Positions 38,840-39,982 of a stretch of 39,982 nt of DNA are shown here, in pieces; positions within the stretch are counted from its first letter, which is position 1; every line of letters begins with the position of its first letter. A program made the translations under genes and the position numbers. Below the pieces are notes generated by a model. That model worked only from the letters and a program-made list of their open reading frames with translations. It was not told the DNA's origin and searched no databases. The DNA lies in assembly GCA_041746255.1 (NCBI GenBank), contig JBGTHM010000119.1, forward strand, positions 1 to 39,982. Direction: 5' to 3'. The DNA comes from Fibrobacteria bacterium. Lineage in GTDB: Bacteria > Fibrobacterota > Fibrobacteria > UBA11236.

Positions 38840-39846
38840 CTAGGGATAAAACTTTAAATAGACAAGCTGGGCATTTATGGAAGCGGGGATCTCGCCCACG
38901 TAATTGCGGTCCCCCACCCGGTTGACGGTTGCAACTAGGGTTCCGTTCGCCAGGTAAATGTCGGCCTTGGAAGTATTATGGGGAAAGGAAAACCGTGCCG
39001 TTCCACTTGTGTGGTTTACGATAGGTTGAATAACCATCCCTTTTTGCCACCTCTTTTCAGCCTGAAAATTATTTGCGGTGACAATGGGAGTTGAAGCAGG
39101 GTTCAATTGAGGATGGTCCAACCGGTAGATGTCGCGAAACTCGGTATTCTCATACCACGAGAGCATGGTCGCGAAAATGTTTCCGAATGAATCGGAAGTC
39201 ATGTGAACAATGCCGTCATGACCGTCTGAGTTTCTTGAAAGCGTATTGGGAGCCTGTCCCACGAATTGGGGTTTACCTCCCTTTTTCAAGGCAATCAATT
39301 TGCTGCTGTTAGTATCGGAGAAAATATAATAGCCATAGAAAGGCGAGGATTTGTCGGCCCGGTAAACCGCTCCATTGGTGATACAGGAAATATGGGTATT
39401 ATCCGCAACGGAGGCATGCGGGAAAATATGGTAGGCCTCTTCGTATTTGGAGCAGTCCAGATTCTTGTTGATGGTGGTTCTGTTTTGGAGCGCGGTTTCA
39501 CATTTACCCTCGAACCCGATACCGACATGATACCTATCCCCGCTGGCTGTCCTCTCTCCATTGGCTCCGTCGGCCCAACCATAATTCAGTCCAGGTTTGA
39601 TCAGGTTGATTTCTTCGAAAACGTCCTGGCCTACGTCGGAGGCCCATAGATTTCCCTCCAAGTCCCAGCCTAGACCCCAAAGATTGCGAAACCCATTGGC
39701 ATAGATTTCCGGTTTTATCCCGGCTTTACCGACAAAGGGGTTATCCGGGGGAACGGCGTATTCCTTGCCGGTATCCTTGTTGTCGATATCGATACGCAGC
39801 AGCTTTCTTCCCCAATGGCTCATGTCCCACGAATTGGCGGCATAAT
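38840..39846 (-). pseudogene. 3' part of a PQQ-dependent glucose/sorbosone dehydrogenase family gene with a T9SS-like C-terminal domain, interrupted by an IS21-like element
   Basis: GRKLLRID..YAVPPDNPF..PEIYANGFRNLW..DVGQDVFEEINLI..GLNYGW; tail IYLANGTLV. Family-like sequence stops at 39846 and the ORF-track N-terminus is read from the repeat element. Confidence 0.75.
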
Positions 39847-39982
39847 TGCAGAATCCGGTGAAAGTGACCGGGCGATCCGGTTCAAAGTGACCGACAGCCA
39901 CCCTTGTCATAGCCGGTCACCATGGACCGGATTTCAACCGATTAGAAGTTACTCATTGCCGGTCACTTTGGGTACGGATTTT
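39847..39982. mobile_element. Terminal region of an IS21-family element (or derived MITE), cut by the window end
   Basis: Starts TG (TGCAGAATCCGG). Direct repeats ATCCGGTGAAAGTGACCG 39853-39870 and ATCCGGTTCAAAGTGACCG 39875-39893; inverted copies at 39914-39932 and 39960-39979. Confidence 0.78.

Noticed and set aside
39847..39982. Repeats at the window end as a CRISPR array
   Set aside because: Units are ~19 bp, in both orientations, with irregular 4-27 nt gaps; this fits IS21-type ends and no cas genes are present.

Overview
GC-rich bacterial chromosomal segment, probably from the FCB group (Fibrobacterota-like; inferred from a T9SS-type C-terminal domain and protein styles, not proven). 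It is mostly housekeeping: rsmD-coaD-rhomboid, PfkB kinase-guaB, a contiguous groES-groEL-hrcA-grpE-dnaK-dnaJ chaperone cluster with one CIRCE followed by an atypical sigma54-type activator, an LPS-related cluster (MsbA-like ABC, ICMT-family methyltransferase, waaA), ispH, rpmB, a DEDDh exonuclease, a DUF374 acyltransferase, mutM, a metX-metW fusion and a cysteine desulfurase. The best candidate for an undescribed system is a tightly coupled four-gene operon (1886-7104, minus strand). It encodes a predicted outer-membrane beta-barrel, a 4-TM MotA/TolQ/ExbB-family subunit with a coiled-coil tail, a single-TM Asp-bearing partner, and an Ig-repeat protein ending in a predicted beta-barrel, with no TonB, flagellar or Zorya effector gene in the window. 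Other highlights are a phosphoglycosyltransferase-STAS-polysaccharide deacetylase triple fusion, a hipBST-type toxin-antitoxin module with three GTGCA-N6-YGCAC operators, and an IS21-family end at 39847 that truncates a PQQ sugar dehydrogenase gene at the window edge. All calls come from motif reading; no database search was run.
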